Assembly: GCF_041146345.1 (NCBI RefSeq)
Contig: NW_027191411.1
Location: 124,001 to 188,000 of the forward strand
Direction of reading: 5' to 3'
DNA length: 64,000 nucleotides
Source: Neodothiora populina
Lineage: Eukaryota
This document shows, in pieces, positions 1 to 12,389 of this stretch (positions within the stretch are counted from its first letter, which is position 1; the number at the start of each line of letters is the position of its first letter). Under the pieces are notes generated by a model, which had not been told where the DNA came from, made no database searches, and saw nothing but the letters and a program-made list of their open reading frames with translations. Both the position numbers and the translations under genes were made by a program.

Positions 1-406
1 CCCGCGATATCCTTTTCCCGGCTGCGTCTGCCTATTCGGGACAACGCACATTCATGGAGCAGAAACAGAGGTTAACACGGCAGCAGAACTATGGCTCGAA
101 AAGGCCGAGACTTGTATATTCCAGACCAAGGTGTGCGATGAACGAGAGAGGGACTGACTGGAAAAGGAATCGACTCTCTTTTGTCTTTCACACAGTAGAT
201 ACCATACCTTTGTTCTTCCGACGTGACTTCAACAGTCAAGTTCATTTCTGCTCAACAGTGAGCAGATACAGTACGGTGATTGGGTCGGGGGTGGGAGATT
301 AATTTCGTTTCGATTCATCATATACAATGTTTTTTTTTCACTATCGCCCTTTTTCCTCCAGCCAGAAGCCATCGTGAAGACGGATGCAAAGAACAATCGT
401 TCCTCT

Positions 407-2226
407 TCAGTCAAGATCGTCATTGCTCGTCGCTGCTGTCGTTGATGATGCCGTCGGCTTTGTGGCGGGATAGAAGTCCAACTTGCCGCCCTCGCCCAGC
501 AGTCCCTCGCGATCGTAATGGCTTCGGGCGCGCAGGTACGGGTCGAGGGTCCAGTAGTTTTCTTGCAGTTTGTCCTTTACCGCGCTTCGTTCGCTGCCGC
601 CGCGTCCGCTGTCGCTCGCCCAGGAGATGGTGTCTCGCTCGTAGGCATCGACGAGCGACTTGCGCTCGGCCTCGATGGTGGCGCGTTGGGATGCGCCCTG
701 CTCCATGACCTTGTTCTCGCCGGCGACGGGCTCAATGTACTTGTACTCGAAGGCTTCGTCGCCGTCCAGCTCCTTCATGATGCGGTCGCGCGGGATATAC
801 GTCTGCAGCTCGTCGATGTTCTTCGCGAAGTGGATCTTCGAGGCGACGACGGGATCTAACCAGCCCTTGATGATGCGCCAGATCTGGTTGAAGACCCAGG
901 GGGCCTTGTAGACGACGACACTTCCGAGGGACTCGGGGTAGTTTGCTTCGAAGCACTTGATCATGAACTTCACGGGAGCGTAGTCCTAGACGTTGGGTGT
1001 CAGTAGCCAATCGCGAAAAAGGAGAGAGAGAATAGAAGACTCACCATGTTGGCCATGCTGAAGCTGGTCATGTCGAAAATGATGGTGGCGGTGTCGACAT
1101 TGCCCCTCAACAGCATGCGCGCCGTCTCAATGGTATAGACAGTGTAACGCTCGAGACTCTTCTCCGTCTGCTCGCCGCCCTTGTGCAGACGTACTCTGAC
1201 CGTCACGACGGGTCTGCCTTCCTTGTCGACGCCGTGAATGACACTCTTACCCATGCGCAATTGTGTCAGGAAGTCGGCCGAGTCCTTGTCCGAGTCCTTG
1301 CGCTTGAAGGCGCCCTCTTCTCCGTGCAGCATTATGTCGTCGTCGACGTGCATCTCCTCTGCGCGCCAGTGCATGGTCGCGATGAGCATGACAAGAGCAT
1401 TGTGGACGTCCCATTTCCTCGCGCGCAGGAATCGAAGAAGCAGAGCGTCGGGGTCGTCGTGCTTGACCATGTTCCAGAAGGCCAGGCGCAATGTCTCGGG
1501 CGAGGTCGAGGCGATGGCCTCCTTGAACTCTCTGGTCTGACCGTGCTTGTCGTTGGATGCGTCGTCTGCGGCGGAAGATGAAGCGGCCGACTCGGCGTCC
1601 TTTGTCTTTTTGGATTTGAACAGGCTCATCTTCTTCTTGTGTTTGCCTCCAGCATCGGTCGCGGGGGTCGCGGTGCCGCTGGCGGAGGCGGTCGTGGTCG
1701 AAGCATCGTCCGAGGTTTCAGTGTCGACACCGAAGACATTCAGAGTGGCGATCCAGAACTCCTTGAGCTTCTTCTCCTGCTCAGGAGTGAGATTGCCGGG
1801 ACGACCGGGAGGGGTTTGGGTGGGCATATCAGGATATGCGCGCGACGATGTCGTTTCGACGGGGGACTCGGCGGGGTCGTCAAGCGGGGCGGCGGCGGCG
1901 GCGGCGGCGGCGGCGGACTTGGAATGCAGATATGGTTCTGCAAAGTATGCAGCACCGAGCACGACAGAAGCGACAAGCAGTAGAGTCAGAGGGTCGACAG
2001 CACTGCGCTGAGGAAATGTCTTGGTGGAGTTGAAGTAGGAAGTAGAGGCGAAAGTGCGCGACTGTATGAGTTGTGGGAAGAGGAAGGGGCGGCGGCGGCG
2101 ACTTCGGTAGCAGTGGCGATTCGGAAGGAGAGACTCTTTGTACACGGCAGCAGCAGTTGTAGGATACGAACGTGACGGAGGGGCACTAATGGGGATGGTC
2201 TTGATGAGACGAGAAAGGGGACGCAT
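407..2226 (-). CDS. CSR1: CRAL-TRIO (Sec14-family) phosphatidylinositol transfer protein, Csr1/Sfh2-like; intron 986-1044; alternative start at 1827
   Basis: Motifs DALLLRFLRARKWD, HGVDKEGRPV, IFDMTSFSMANM|DYAPVKFMIKCFEANYPESLG, WLDPVVASKIHF. A GTGAG...TAG intron joins ORFs 1000-2226 and 407-973 in frame. Confidence 0.9.
1888..1916 (+). repeat. (GGC)n trinucleotide microsatellite encoding a poly-Ala tract
   Basis: Tandem ggc run read directly; it encodes AAAAAAAAA in the minus-strand ORF. Confidence 0.9.
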
Positions 2227-3304
2227 TGACTGAGTTCTGTGTGTTGAAGGGATTTGTTGATAGAAAGACAGAAGGTTTACATGGGCATTTCACTACCTTA
2301 GACGAACCAAACCACAACAATCGCGGGCAAATGGTGGATCTTGAAGGAATGGGAAATGGTTAGAAGCTAAGGTTATTTTGGCAAAAAGTGGTCCCCCTCA
2401 AAAGTCGTTCGTTAATCATTAGGCACTCTACTTCAGGCTTCTTTTATACCGGGTTAGTTGACTACTGTACATCTTGGCTGTCGCGGATGCTTTTGCGCGC
2501 GACGAAGCCGAGAAAAGGCGACGATCTTGGGAGGCAATCCTAGATGCTGTTCCACGTAGATTGGCTTGTCTACCACGGCGTTTGACTGATCGCTTCACTG
2601 GCCTCGTACCTTTTGTCGTTGCTGCGCAAAGACGAGCCAAAGTCAAAAACTGCGGACGACTGGGCGGGCGCCCGATGATGACGTCGCTCGACAGATGCTG
2701 TCCTCGGCACCTCACAGATCACACGCTTCGGTCTCTTGCAGTATTAGAAAGTCGAGGTGGAACTGGATGTGCTATTGTCTATGACCTTCGTGATATTCAG
2801 AGCATCATCGTATCACACATTCGGGAACTCATTCTCAAAGATAGAGAGAAAGAGAGAGGCATCTCGAGCATCCGAGCGAGGCCGAGACAAACGCAGTATC
2901 CATGACTGCGCAAAAGAGATGTTCCTGCATCATCACGGGTGCACTATGACACGACAACAATACTTTTCTGCCGCAAGACGCTGATAGGGCGGAGGAGGTT
3001 TGATCCGAGTATTTCTCTCTGGTGTATTCCAATTGTGATACAAACTTCAGGTGGAAGCTGTAACAATTAATTACTGCAAAAGGTGGGGAGCATCCAAGTG
3101 GTCCGTCCACCGCAGCTTCAGACTTCAAACCCGACGCTGTGGTCCCCAGGCATCCATTTGCTTGGCAGTAAACAATAAGGTAATCTTTGCTATACCATTT
3201 CTCTTTTTCATGCAAGCAATCATACAACGCTGCCAATCGCTGCAGCCAATGCCACCATAAAGCAAAAGAACACCAAAAAGCGAAAGGAAAACAAGAAGCA
3301 AAGA

Positions 3305-4346
3305 ATGTCGACCACGCCCACCTCGGCTCCTCCCTCTCGACCATACCGAGCCTCCTTCCGCGCGCGCTCGACCTCGCGCACCCGCCAATCAAGCAGCAAC
3401 AACAACCACAACCGCAACAACTCCATCTCGCGCCCGACGACCCCTCTCCGCGCCCCCTCGCTGACCTCCCTGCGCGCCGCCGCCTCAACCACAACACCCA
3501 CAGCGCACCACCCCTCCTCGCCCACCTCATCCTCCTCGCGCCGCCACGACCCAGCCCACGACGCGCACAGTCCGCTCGACGCCCTCGAGCCCGCCTTCGC
3601 AGAGTTCAGCGACAGCATGGCCGACCTCGAGGCCAACATGATGCATCTGCAGCTGCTGCACGACTCGCTGTCGCGCTTCAACGAGAACTTTGGCGCCTTT
3701 CTGTACGGCTTGAACATGAATGCTTTCACCGTTGGCTTCACCGAGGAGCCCACTAGTGTCGAGAGTTTCAGACGCGCGGCCGAGAAGGAGATGCACGGTG
3801 GTAGAGGTGGTGGTGGTGGGGCCGAGGACAGAGTCGCCGGGACGGGCGGAGGCATTGGACTAGGTGGAGGCCTGGGCAGGGGTGCGGATGTCGATGCTAC
3901 GTTCCTGTGCGTTTTTTTTTTCCTTTTCCCTACCTACCTTACTCATTCTTCGTGGAAACTAACACCTAATCTCCAGAACGACCGACACGTCCTTTGTCGA
4001 AAACCCGCCCACTCCGCGCGCCGCGACGACCTCGAGCTATCCTCCGCCCGCAAGAGCCAAAACGAGCTCAATGGTTCCATCCTCGGCCTCTTCTGCTTCT
4101 TCGTCGACTCACAACAAATCCCGATTCGGCGGACCCGGCCCGGGAAGCAGGAGCGCCATGTCGAATGCTTCTTCTTCCTCTTCGATACCCGGTGCGGCGG
4201 GGAGAACTAGAGGGGGAGCGCCCGTGGTCAGAGCCACGAGAGCCAGTCAGTTGGCTGCTAGTAGACGAGAGACCATCGCTGCTGCGGCCGCTGCTGCTAG
4301 TGCCGCCAAAGGAGGAAGGAGCGCGAGAACTGGGGGGCTGCGTTGA
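3305..4346 (+). CDS. DAM1: DASH/Dam1 kinetochore complex subunit Dam1; intron 3907-3976
   Basis: Dam1 core AFAEFSDSMADLEANMMHLQLLHDSLSRFNENFGAFLYGLNMNAF. A GTGCGT...CTAAC...CAG intron restores DATFL-TTDTSFVENP and runs in frame to the stop at 4346. Confidence 0.9.
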
Positions 4347-4758
4347 ACCTTTGTCTATGTTCAATGCGCAACATGACCAGATACAGAAATAAGAAGTGTA
4401 GATTTTTATTATCCATTAAGTTCCGCATATCCTTCTTGTGTGTCTTTTTCTATCAGTAAATGTAAAAATAGCAAGTATGACTTTGCCCAACAATGGAGGG
4501 GGTATAAACCGTTGACAGAAACAGGTATTAAATCATGCCAGTCGCATCTCCATTGCAATGCCCTCCGTGCGTATGTTGTGTACACACATATGACTCATGT
4601 CTTTTCCTCTGCTAGACATTCTCTCTGTCTTCATCGAACTGTATGTTCGTCGCTCATTAAAGTAAAATTAATTTCATCGTCAAAAGAAGGCGTTTCCTTG
4701 CTCATAAATGCGTGCATGACATGCGAGGCGCAATAGATCAGTCAAGAAAGAGAGTCCT

Positions 4759-6725
4759 CTATAATCTCTTGGCCTCCCTTCTCATGACCCAGCCCTTGAG
4801 CGCAAAGGTGATCGCCGCCCAGGCCATGATGAGAGCACTGAAGCCCATGGCCACGGTGAACAAAAACATGGCGTCCAATCCGTTCTGCTCGATGGTGCGC
4901 ACAGTGTCGGTCGCGCTGCCCATGAAGATCAGTCCACCTGAGATCAAGCAGAAGGCTGCGGCCAGCTCGGTGGGTGGTCGGCTTGGGAAATAAGAAGTCG
5001 GCGGGCTGATGTAGAGCATGACATACGTCGCTGCGCGGGCCATGGCGAATCCAACAAACAGGTTACCCCATTGCGCGTGCATCATCGTCGACACCATGCT
5101 AGCTTGAACGTGTCCGCCCATCATGCGGCCAAGCAGGAGAATCACCAGCGCAGGCATGGGGTTCAGGCTGTGACGGTAAGTCTTGGGGGTCGCGAACCCT
5201 TCGTGGCTTTGCTCCTCGATCGAGGCAGTGTCGTTGGCTGCAGCCACTGCCGCCGCTGCTTCGCTCTCCTCTTGCTTTAGTGAGACGCCGGCGTTGAACA
5301 GACTCTTGAAGGTCTCGCTCTCTACAAGCATACCCAAAAGACCGCCACCGAAGAACATGATGGTAATGCTGATGTGCTCAAAGTCCTCGAATGTCCATTC
5401 CTTGCCCCAAGCGTTGAGATGCTCGAGGAAGACATTGGATGCGCCGTAAAGCCAGATGACGAAACTCTCGGTGAATTCAGCAGACGGGAGACGGCGAGCG
5501 AAGCGCGAGATCATCGTGTCGCGAGGCTTGATGTTCCATGCCCAGCCAAAGTCGGCGAATGCGCCCATCCATCGGCCGAGGGTGAGGAGTCCATACCAGA
5601 AGAAGATACCACCCTTGACGAAATGCGCTGCGCCAGAGAAAGCAAGACGGTCGCGGAAGAGATCACCCCAAGTGACAATACCGGTTGCGATCTGGACAAA
5701 GCCTAGCAATAGGATAGTGCGCTCAAGGAAAACATACAAGAACTGGAAGACGCTGAATGCTTTGCCGGAAGGGTTGATTCCCGAAAGCTTGAGGGACACG
5801 AATCGGTTCACACGGGTGTTTTGCAGGAAACCACTGTTCTCGGCGGGCTCATCCTGCTCCTCAAAGTCGTGTCCGTGCTCCTCGTCAATAGGTGACTGTG
5901 GCTCAAGTTTGTGGTGAGGCAACGAGTCAGAGCTGTCAGCTCGAGATCCGGGGCAAAGAGTCCCCGACCCTTCACTGCCATGACCAGAGTCGCGCGACCA
6001 TCTGTACATGTGTCTAGGGACAAACTCGGTCTCATTCTGAAGACGATTGTACTGCGCCATGTTCTGAGCCGTCATTGCCGGCCGCGGCGACGAAGCCGAG
6101 GCCTTTCTGCTGCGGTAGATCATGGGCAGCGCCATGACGAACCACGCAAGAGCAACCCATGATGCCACCCAGCCAATCTTGTGATGCGCATTATTCGGGT
6201 ACAGGTCGGGAGTGTTCGCATTGTAGATGATGCTGGTGAAAACACCGAGTCCGTTCACCGCCAAGAAGGAGACCTGCGCCGGAATTGTGAGGCGCGAACG
6301 GGTAACACTAAACATGACGCCTGTTTCCACTTTTGTCAGCCCTTTCCGCTCCGCTCCTCTAGCGTAGTGACAATTCGCAACGTCACGTGCGATGCTGATC
6401 GAAAATAATGGCAAGAAAAAAAGATTCGTTTCCGATGCTTACCGATTGGTAATATCATCACCCATGCAACGACCATGGTGAAGATGTGCGCGTACAGCCA
6501 TCCTTGGTGGTGTGTGTTGTGAAAGTAGCTGTTGTCTACCGGCCGTGCTGCTGCCTCGCTCGCTGCGTTGTTTGCTGCTGCCTCGATCTCTGTCGGTGAC
6601 ATTGCGCCGCCGTGCGCACCCATGTTGATTGCTGCGTGCTCGTCGCCATGAGCAGCTACTAAGGGAAGCAGCCCTATTACGAGCGCCGCAGAGCCGTAGA
6701 GTAATACTGAGCGATCGCGCTGCAT
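4759..6725 (-). CDS. Integral membrane protein, DUF2427 + Ytp1 domain (Ytp1-like); intron 6321-6442
   Basis: Signal peptide and many TM helices. Motifs YNANTPDLYPNNAHHKIGW, AHFVKGGIFFWYG, NVFLEHL, SMVSTMMHAQWG, PSRPPTEL. GTAAG...CTGAC...CAG intron is in frame. Confidence 0.8.
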
Positions 6726-9700
6726 CAGGTCTCTTTGCGGTCCAGTTAATCGCAGAGCGTTGGATGCGATGGTTCAGTAGGCCTTATGCGACTCAGGCTA
6801 CTCTGTGTGGTATGCGCGCAGGGAGAATCGTTCTTGGTTTGTTCGGTCCTCAAATCGTAGCTTGACCAAAAGAAGTGAGTGTCCTTAGTGTGGTCGCAAA
6901 AGTTCACGAATGCAGTAGAGATGACGCTGCTTTCGTAGGAGTGTTAGTGTTCGAGGAGTAAGCGTGCGAGAAGTGTCGGAAAATGGCCAGCTCTTTGTAG
7001 AGCGCGGATGAAGTAGTCATTTATTGGAATCATGCTCAGACACGCATACTGATCCCTCTTCGGCATGCCATCACCGCCGCGCCCATTCTTCGCACGTTAA
7101 GTCAGTATCGGCTGCGATCGCTCGACCGATCGGACATGTGTATAGTCCGCTATCCGTACACTACCGCACGCCGAGACCATCACCCTATGTCAGCAGGCCT
7201 TAGTACTTTCTAGAGTAACCTGAGGCTAGGTTCAATTACCTGAATGCTTAATTGCCTAGAGCAGCAAAAATGGCGAAACAACGAATCACCTCCGAGTCCG
7301 ATCGATGACTTCATACCTAGTAGGCAGCCTAAAGGCTCTAAAGCTTTTTTTTCTGCTCATCTTGCAGGGTCTGATGGGGGCACGAGGCGCTTTCGCTTCG
7401 TTAGCGCGCATCCGGAAGCTGCCCGAACTTAAGGTCGAACGGATTTACTGGCTCTATCGGACTTGTGTCTCCATAGGGCAATCATTCCAACCAATCCAAG
7501 TCATGATCCTGCTATACCAGCAGCCGGAGAAAGCCCATGTGCTCAACGCCTCACTCGTCGGTTCTTCATTTAGAATCGGCATTCTGCTATGCAATTGGAA
7601 ACATCTGCGATACAGGATTCATGCAAAGTCATGGCGGAGCAACAAGAATCTGACCGCCGCGACTAGTTCCTAATGTGGTAACTTTGATTGATTCTCCCAT
7701 CGCAGGGTCTTTGAAATCAGATCGGGTCTCAGCACGATCAGTACTTGGTAGCACTTAACTAAGAACCGTCCAACTTTCTACAGTACTTGGTGTATGTCTA
7801 GTACCATAGTCAGGTTGCCAAAGTACCCAAGCGCCGAGTATCCTATGTAATTCCGCCTCTTCCGCAGCAATCCGTAGGCGGCTCTGCGAGTTTCCAGATT
7901 TCTCGCATCTTCCACATCGAGTCTGACATCGGCCGACATGGCATCATCATCTTGTCGCGCGGTACTTGTCGGATGGCCAAGGGCATCGTGTCACGAATTG
8001 ATAAATCACCACTGTGTCTCTTCATGAAGTTGTGGGACGGCTCAAGAGAAATCTCGTCATGATTTCGTAGCATGCTCATGTCGTTATACTGTCCTCCACT
8101 TCTACATGTGTATTCAATCTATTGACAGGCAATACTATGGCGCATCGTCTCGTGATCTGAAAGCGACATAGCGATCATATGCCTGAAGACTTGCAGTACT
8201 CTCCAAGTACACACATGTTGTACGTGCACGGGACGGACTCCGCAAGGACACAACTCCGATGGCACTTCGAGATGTAGCGCAGCTTTGGTTGACTCACACG
8301 GTATTTGTATGTCTGTGATGCATGAAGATGCATGTATCACTAACAGATAGCGCATATAATGCGTACGACTGCAAGGCCGACACACATCCACGCGCACACA
8401 CACACGTGTCTGGTGCTGTCATTCGTGGCAGATGGCTGTCACCGCCGCAGAAGTCTCATCTGACATATTTGTTGTCAGAGTAAATATGACTATCCCGTCG
8501 ATTCGATCGCGATCCTGCAGCACACAACAACGCGTTCTTTTTCATTTCTAATCAACTTCGGCTTTCGGTAAAGCCGTCTGATGCGACCTTAGAAAGCCGA
8601 TCATCCGAACACTTGTAGAGTATAGACTCATACGGGCGCAACATGGTACATGTACTATACAATTCTCACGTTGCCGATCGATGGTGTCCAGTATGGGCAT
8701 TACCATTTAGTGTCCATGGGTTTTCGTGAACGCCGTCCGAGCTTGTCAAGTGGGTGGTCGATTTGATTTCGTTCTTTAGATCTTCAGGTTTTTCGTCGAA
8801 TATCATTTTGTATCCAGTCGGACCACCGCACTATCCGCCCCCAGGTTCGAGTTCAACTCCTTCACGTGTACCTTTTTCAAAACTCCTTGTACCTTTGGAT
8901 CAGGGACCCGACATATACGGTACTGTCAGATTGTACATTAGTGGCCGCTTAACAGCAGATGCAGGGTCGCTGACAGAGATATATCATAAAGCCACTCATG
9001 TGACGGACCTGTCAAACCTGCAAAGCGGCTTCGTATCCAGATGAATATGGGCGGCTGTGGTACCAAAAAATGTAGCCTGCGAGCGCAACAGTTATACCAC
9101 ACCTTTCATAGACCGTGCACTATACTGGAGCGACACCGCAACCAGTTTAGTAACACCGCAGCATACGATAGCCGAGCTTTCGTGTGTGGGCAGATTGAGC
9201 AGGGATTCTTGGTCTTCTTATGAATCAACCCAACCAGACACACCGCCTTGAGGTCTTGCGCCGATGTCTCGGCAAACACATAGTCTTTGCGACACAGCGA
9301 GCGCGCACATCGCCATTGATTGGATCATGCCATGACAGACACAGAAAGAGAGACAGACGGCCTGGCAAATTGACAAAGAAACAAAAACTCCGCTTATTTC
9401 CGTGTATGACCGTCGCGCATCCATCCCATGCGTGCACAGTAAAAGCATGTTATCTTATCACAGCCCTCACCGATTCTTCGTCGCGACTTATGTTTTCTAC
9501 TAGCAAGAAAACAAGCAACAAAAAGACAGAACAAAATCGAAGAACAAAAATCGGGAGAATCAGAGATCAAGTGACAAGAACAGGCACACAGACACGACCA
9601 GTAGTACAGTACCACGCGAGAACGAGGAGGCCTCTTGCTGTACTTTCCTCTTCCCAGACCCACATAGGATATACTGATCTCCGAACGTACTTTGACCATT

Positions 9701-10579
9701 TCATTCTCCTTCTTCTCCAAGCCCGAGTGAAGCAGAAGAGAAGCGCCAGAGGAAGATGGGTAGAAGAAGCGCCAAAGCAAGGACACAGAAAAGAAGTGCC
9801 GGCGCCGCGCCCAAAGTTCGGTCCCGTAGTTCAGCCCGCCCGCCGCTACTCGACTGCGCTTGTAAGAATCCGCTACTACCACTACTGTACTTCTGTGTCC
9901 TTGGGTCCATACTGTGCAGTACACCGAGATGTCTACTTCCCTATGAACTTTCCTGATAGCAGAACAGCGAAACGCGCAGGGAAAATTTCTCTCTTTTCTC
10001 TCCATACCTAGACTGCACCAATGCGTTTTCTTGGCGACAATGGTCTCTCTAGGTGCGAGCACCTTTCGGGTGTCTCGGAGTTCTTCGTCAATTGTTCTAC
10101 TCGAAAGTGTTTTGTTCTACTGGTCCGAAAGCGCGAAATGGGATTTATATACTTACTGTACTTCTGTTGTTGTACACTCAGTGACTTGTGGATTTGAATG
10201 TGTGTATGCGACTGTACTGTATTGTATTTGAAGGGAGTTCTGAACTATATCGAGATCTCGCAAATCCTATTTGCTGGTAGACCCGACTTCGCTTCGGGCG
10301 GCAAATGGTGCTAGTGGTCTTGTACTGTACTGTGTATCGAGAGTGGAACAGCCTTTTACCGCACTGCATCTTTCTCTTCGTAACAAAGCCTCTGTATTCG
10401 GATCTGGACTATATACTGGCGGCCCTGAACATGACTGTAAAGTACTACAAGATATCCGCGCGGGTGCGTGCCCTAACCCACCCATCATGCATTTTTCCTT
10501 GCTAGGGATCCACCATCTCCACCCATCCTCTCGCCTTCATCTCGGCGGCCTCGGGGAGCGACTCGCAGCAATTGAAATC

Positions 10580-12389
10580 TCACGGGGTAAAGGCATTATT
10601 CTCGCCGACGATAGGACCCGTGCAAGAGAACCCGATCGGCGCCTCGACGCTATCGCAGAGGTACTCCGTGGCAGCATCGCCGCTATCCGCCACGGTGATC
10701 TGCACGTCTTGCATATCCAGCCCGTAGCACGGGGACGCAGCACTGCACTGCAGCTGGCCGACGACACCTGTGAGCGACGTGCCGCGCCAGTCTCGGATCG
10801 TCACGTCGTGAACATTGAACTTGGACGTGTCACAGTCGCCGCCGTTGCCTTCGTAATTGGTGCACTGTGTGATTGAGAAGATGCCACGTGTGCGGTCGAG
10901 CGTGAAGTCTTCGAAGGTAAGGTTCGACACGTAGCCGATGCCGCCTCCGCCGCCGTTGGGAGAGTAGCCTTTGGATACCCCGGTCCAGGTCTTGATGTAT
11001 GCGCCCCAGTCCGTGTTGTGGGTTATGATGTTGCGGGCCGTCACGTTCTCGATGGTTTCGAAGGTGTTATTGAATTGTCCGATACTTCCCATTGCGAGAC
11101 CTACGCCACGGTAGAATTCGCAGTCCTCGATCAGGATGTTGGTTGAGTTTGCTTTGAGGGCGATGGCATCGTCGCCATTCTCAACTATCCAACGGCGAAA
11201 TGTGATGTTGTTCGCGTAGACTGTGTCGGCGCCGTCGGTGTTCGACATTGAGATCTGAGGGTTGGCATTAGATTGTTCCGTATAGATTTATGAAATGCGA
11301 TGCCATATAGGAGCATTCGACTCCATGTTTCCGCCTCATCGCCGCAATGGAGGGCAATCACTCCTTGCTTTATTCTCGTTATGTTCCTCGTCCCCTCTAC
11401 AGGGCTCCCGTTCTACACTCATCGTTGTGTGTAGTTTTGCATACAGTAACCACATGACTTCTCCACAAAGGGATAAAGAAAAGCACTTATTTGCATGAAG
11501 AAAGTATAAAGTGCCATAAACTCACCGAATGATTGGAAGTACTGTTGACGTAGATGTCCTGCAGGAGGATGTTCTCGCTCGAGATTACAGTCATAGTCCT
11601 GAAGATATTAGTCAGAGAGTCCAAAGTATGGTATGCAATCTCAATGCTCCCTTCATATGACCGGACCAGCACCATCATCCTCAATATACACACGCCTGCA
11701 GAGCGTAACGAAGAAGAAAGAACTCTGCACTGCCGGCGAGCGAAGGCAAGGAGAGGAGAGTAAAAGCAAAGAACTACTTCCACTCACCACATCTGACTCT
11801 GCACAAACCTCAGCCCCTCGATGACAGAATCAGTCGTATTCCTGATCGTGACCTGATGCGGCCGTCTCGGATAATTCGACTGTCCATTGATAAAGTCATA
11901 CCAGACCTGCCCATTACCGTCCAGCGTCCCCACACCACCTCCAAACCACCTGATATCGTGCCCACCAAAGTACCATGCCGAGCTCTGGTTCTGGTAGCCT
12001 ACAGGTTGAGAGTGAGTGAGCCAATAATCGATATCCGTGGACCAGAGGAAGGTGCCCTTGTGGTTGATGTCGACATGAGCGAGAGAAGTAGTGTCCATGA
12101 AGGAAGCGATGTGGTAGGTTTCATTTTCAGGAAATATGATGAGGCCGCGCGAGGTCGGGGTGTTGGATCTGCCGCACAAGTCGAAAGCGGACTCGATCTT
12201 GGACACCGAGTCGGTGTTGTTGGGCGCCGGACGCACAACGCATACTTTACCGTAGCTTCCTGTTGGGTCGACGAGGTCACTGTCGTCGCTGGGGACGCTC
12301 GCCTTGTTGCTGGAGAGGACACTGGCTGAAATAAGATAGCTTAGCTGTAGTATGAGAGCACAGGCGGAGAATGAAATCGTTTCTCTCAT
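10580..12389 (-). CDS. Secreted GH28 pectin hydrolase, RgxB-like (exo-rhamnogalacturonan hydrolase / alpha-L-rhamnosidase type); introns 11599-11787 and 11255-11525
   Basis: Signal peptide; motifs GTLDGNGQVWYD, NTDGADT, ENGDDAIALK, GSIGQ, YIKTW. Both GTGAGT...CAG introns splice in frame. Confidence 0.85.

Noticed and set aside
2835..3855. Long ORFs antisense or alternate-frame to DAM1, and similar shadow ORFs over the ADH, MFS, RecQ and Csr1 genes
   Set aside because: Explained by GC-rich codon bias of the real gene in another frame or strand.
9220..10011. 263-aa plus-strand ORF and overlapping 222-aa antisense ORF
   Set aside because: No recognisable motifs and composition reflects low-complexity DNA. 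Not called as CDS; the region is kept only as a low-interest finding.
10471..10479. CCCTAACCC, a telomerase-RNA-template-like 9-mer (also AACCCTAA on the minus strand at ~18427-18434)
   Set aside because: Isolated short matches. A Pezizomycotina telomerase RNA needs a long stretch downstream of the template, but both would run into protein-coding genes within 100-600 nt. No pseudoknot or CR4/5 was recognised.
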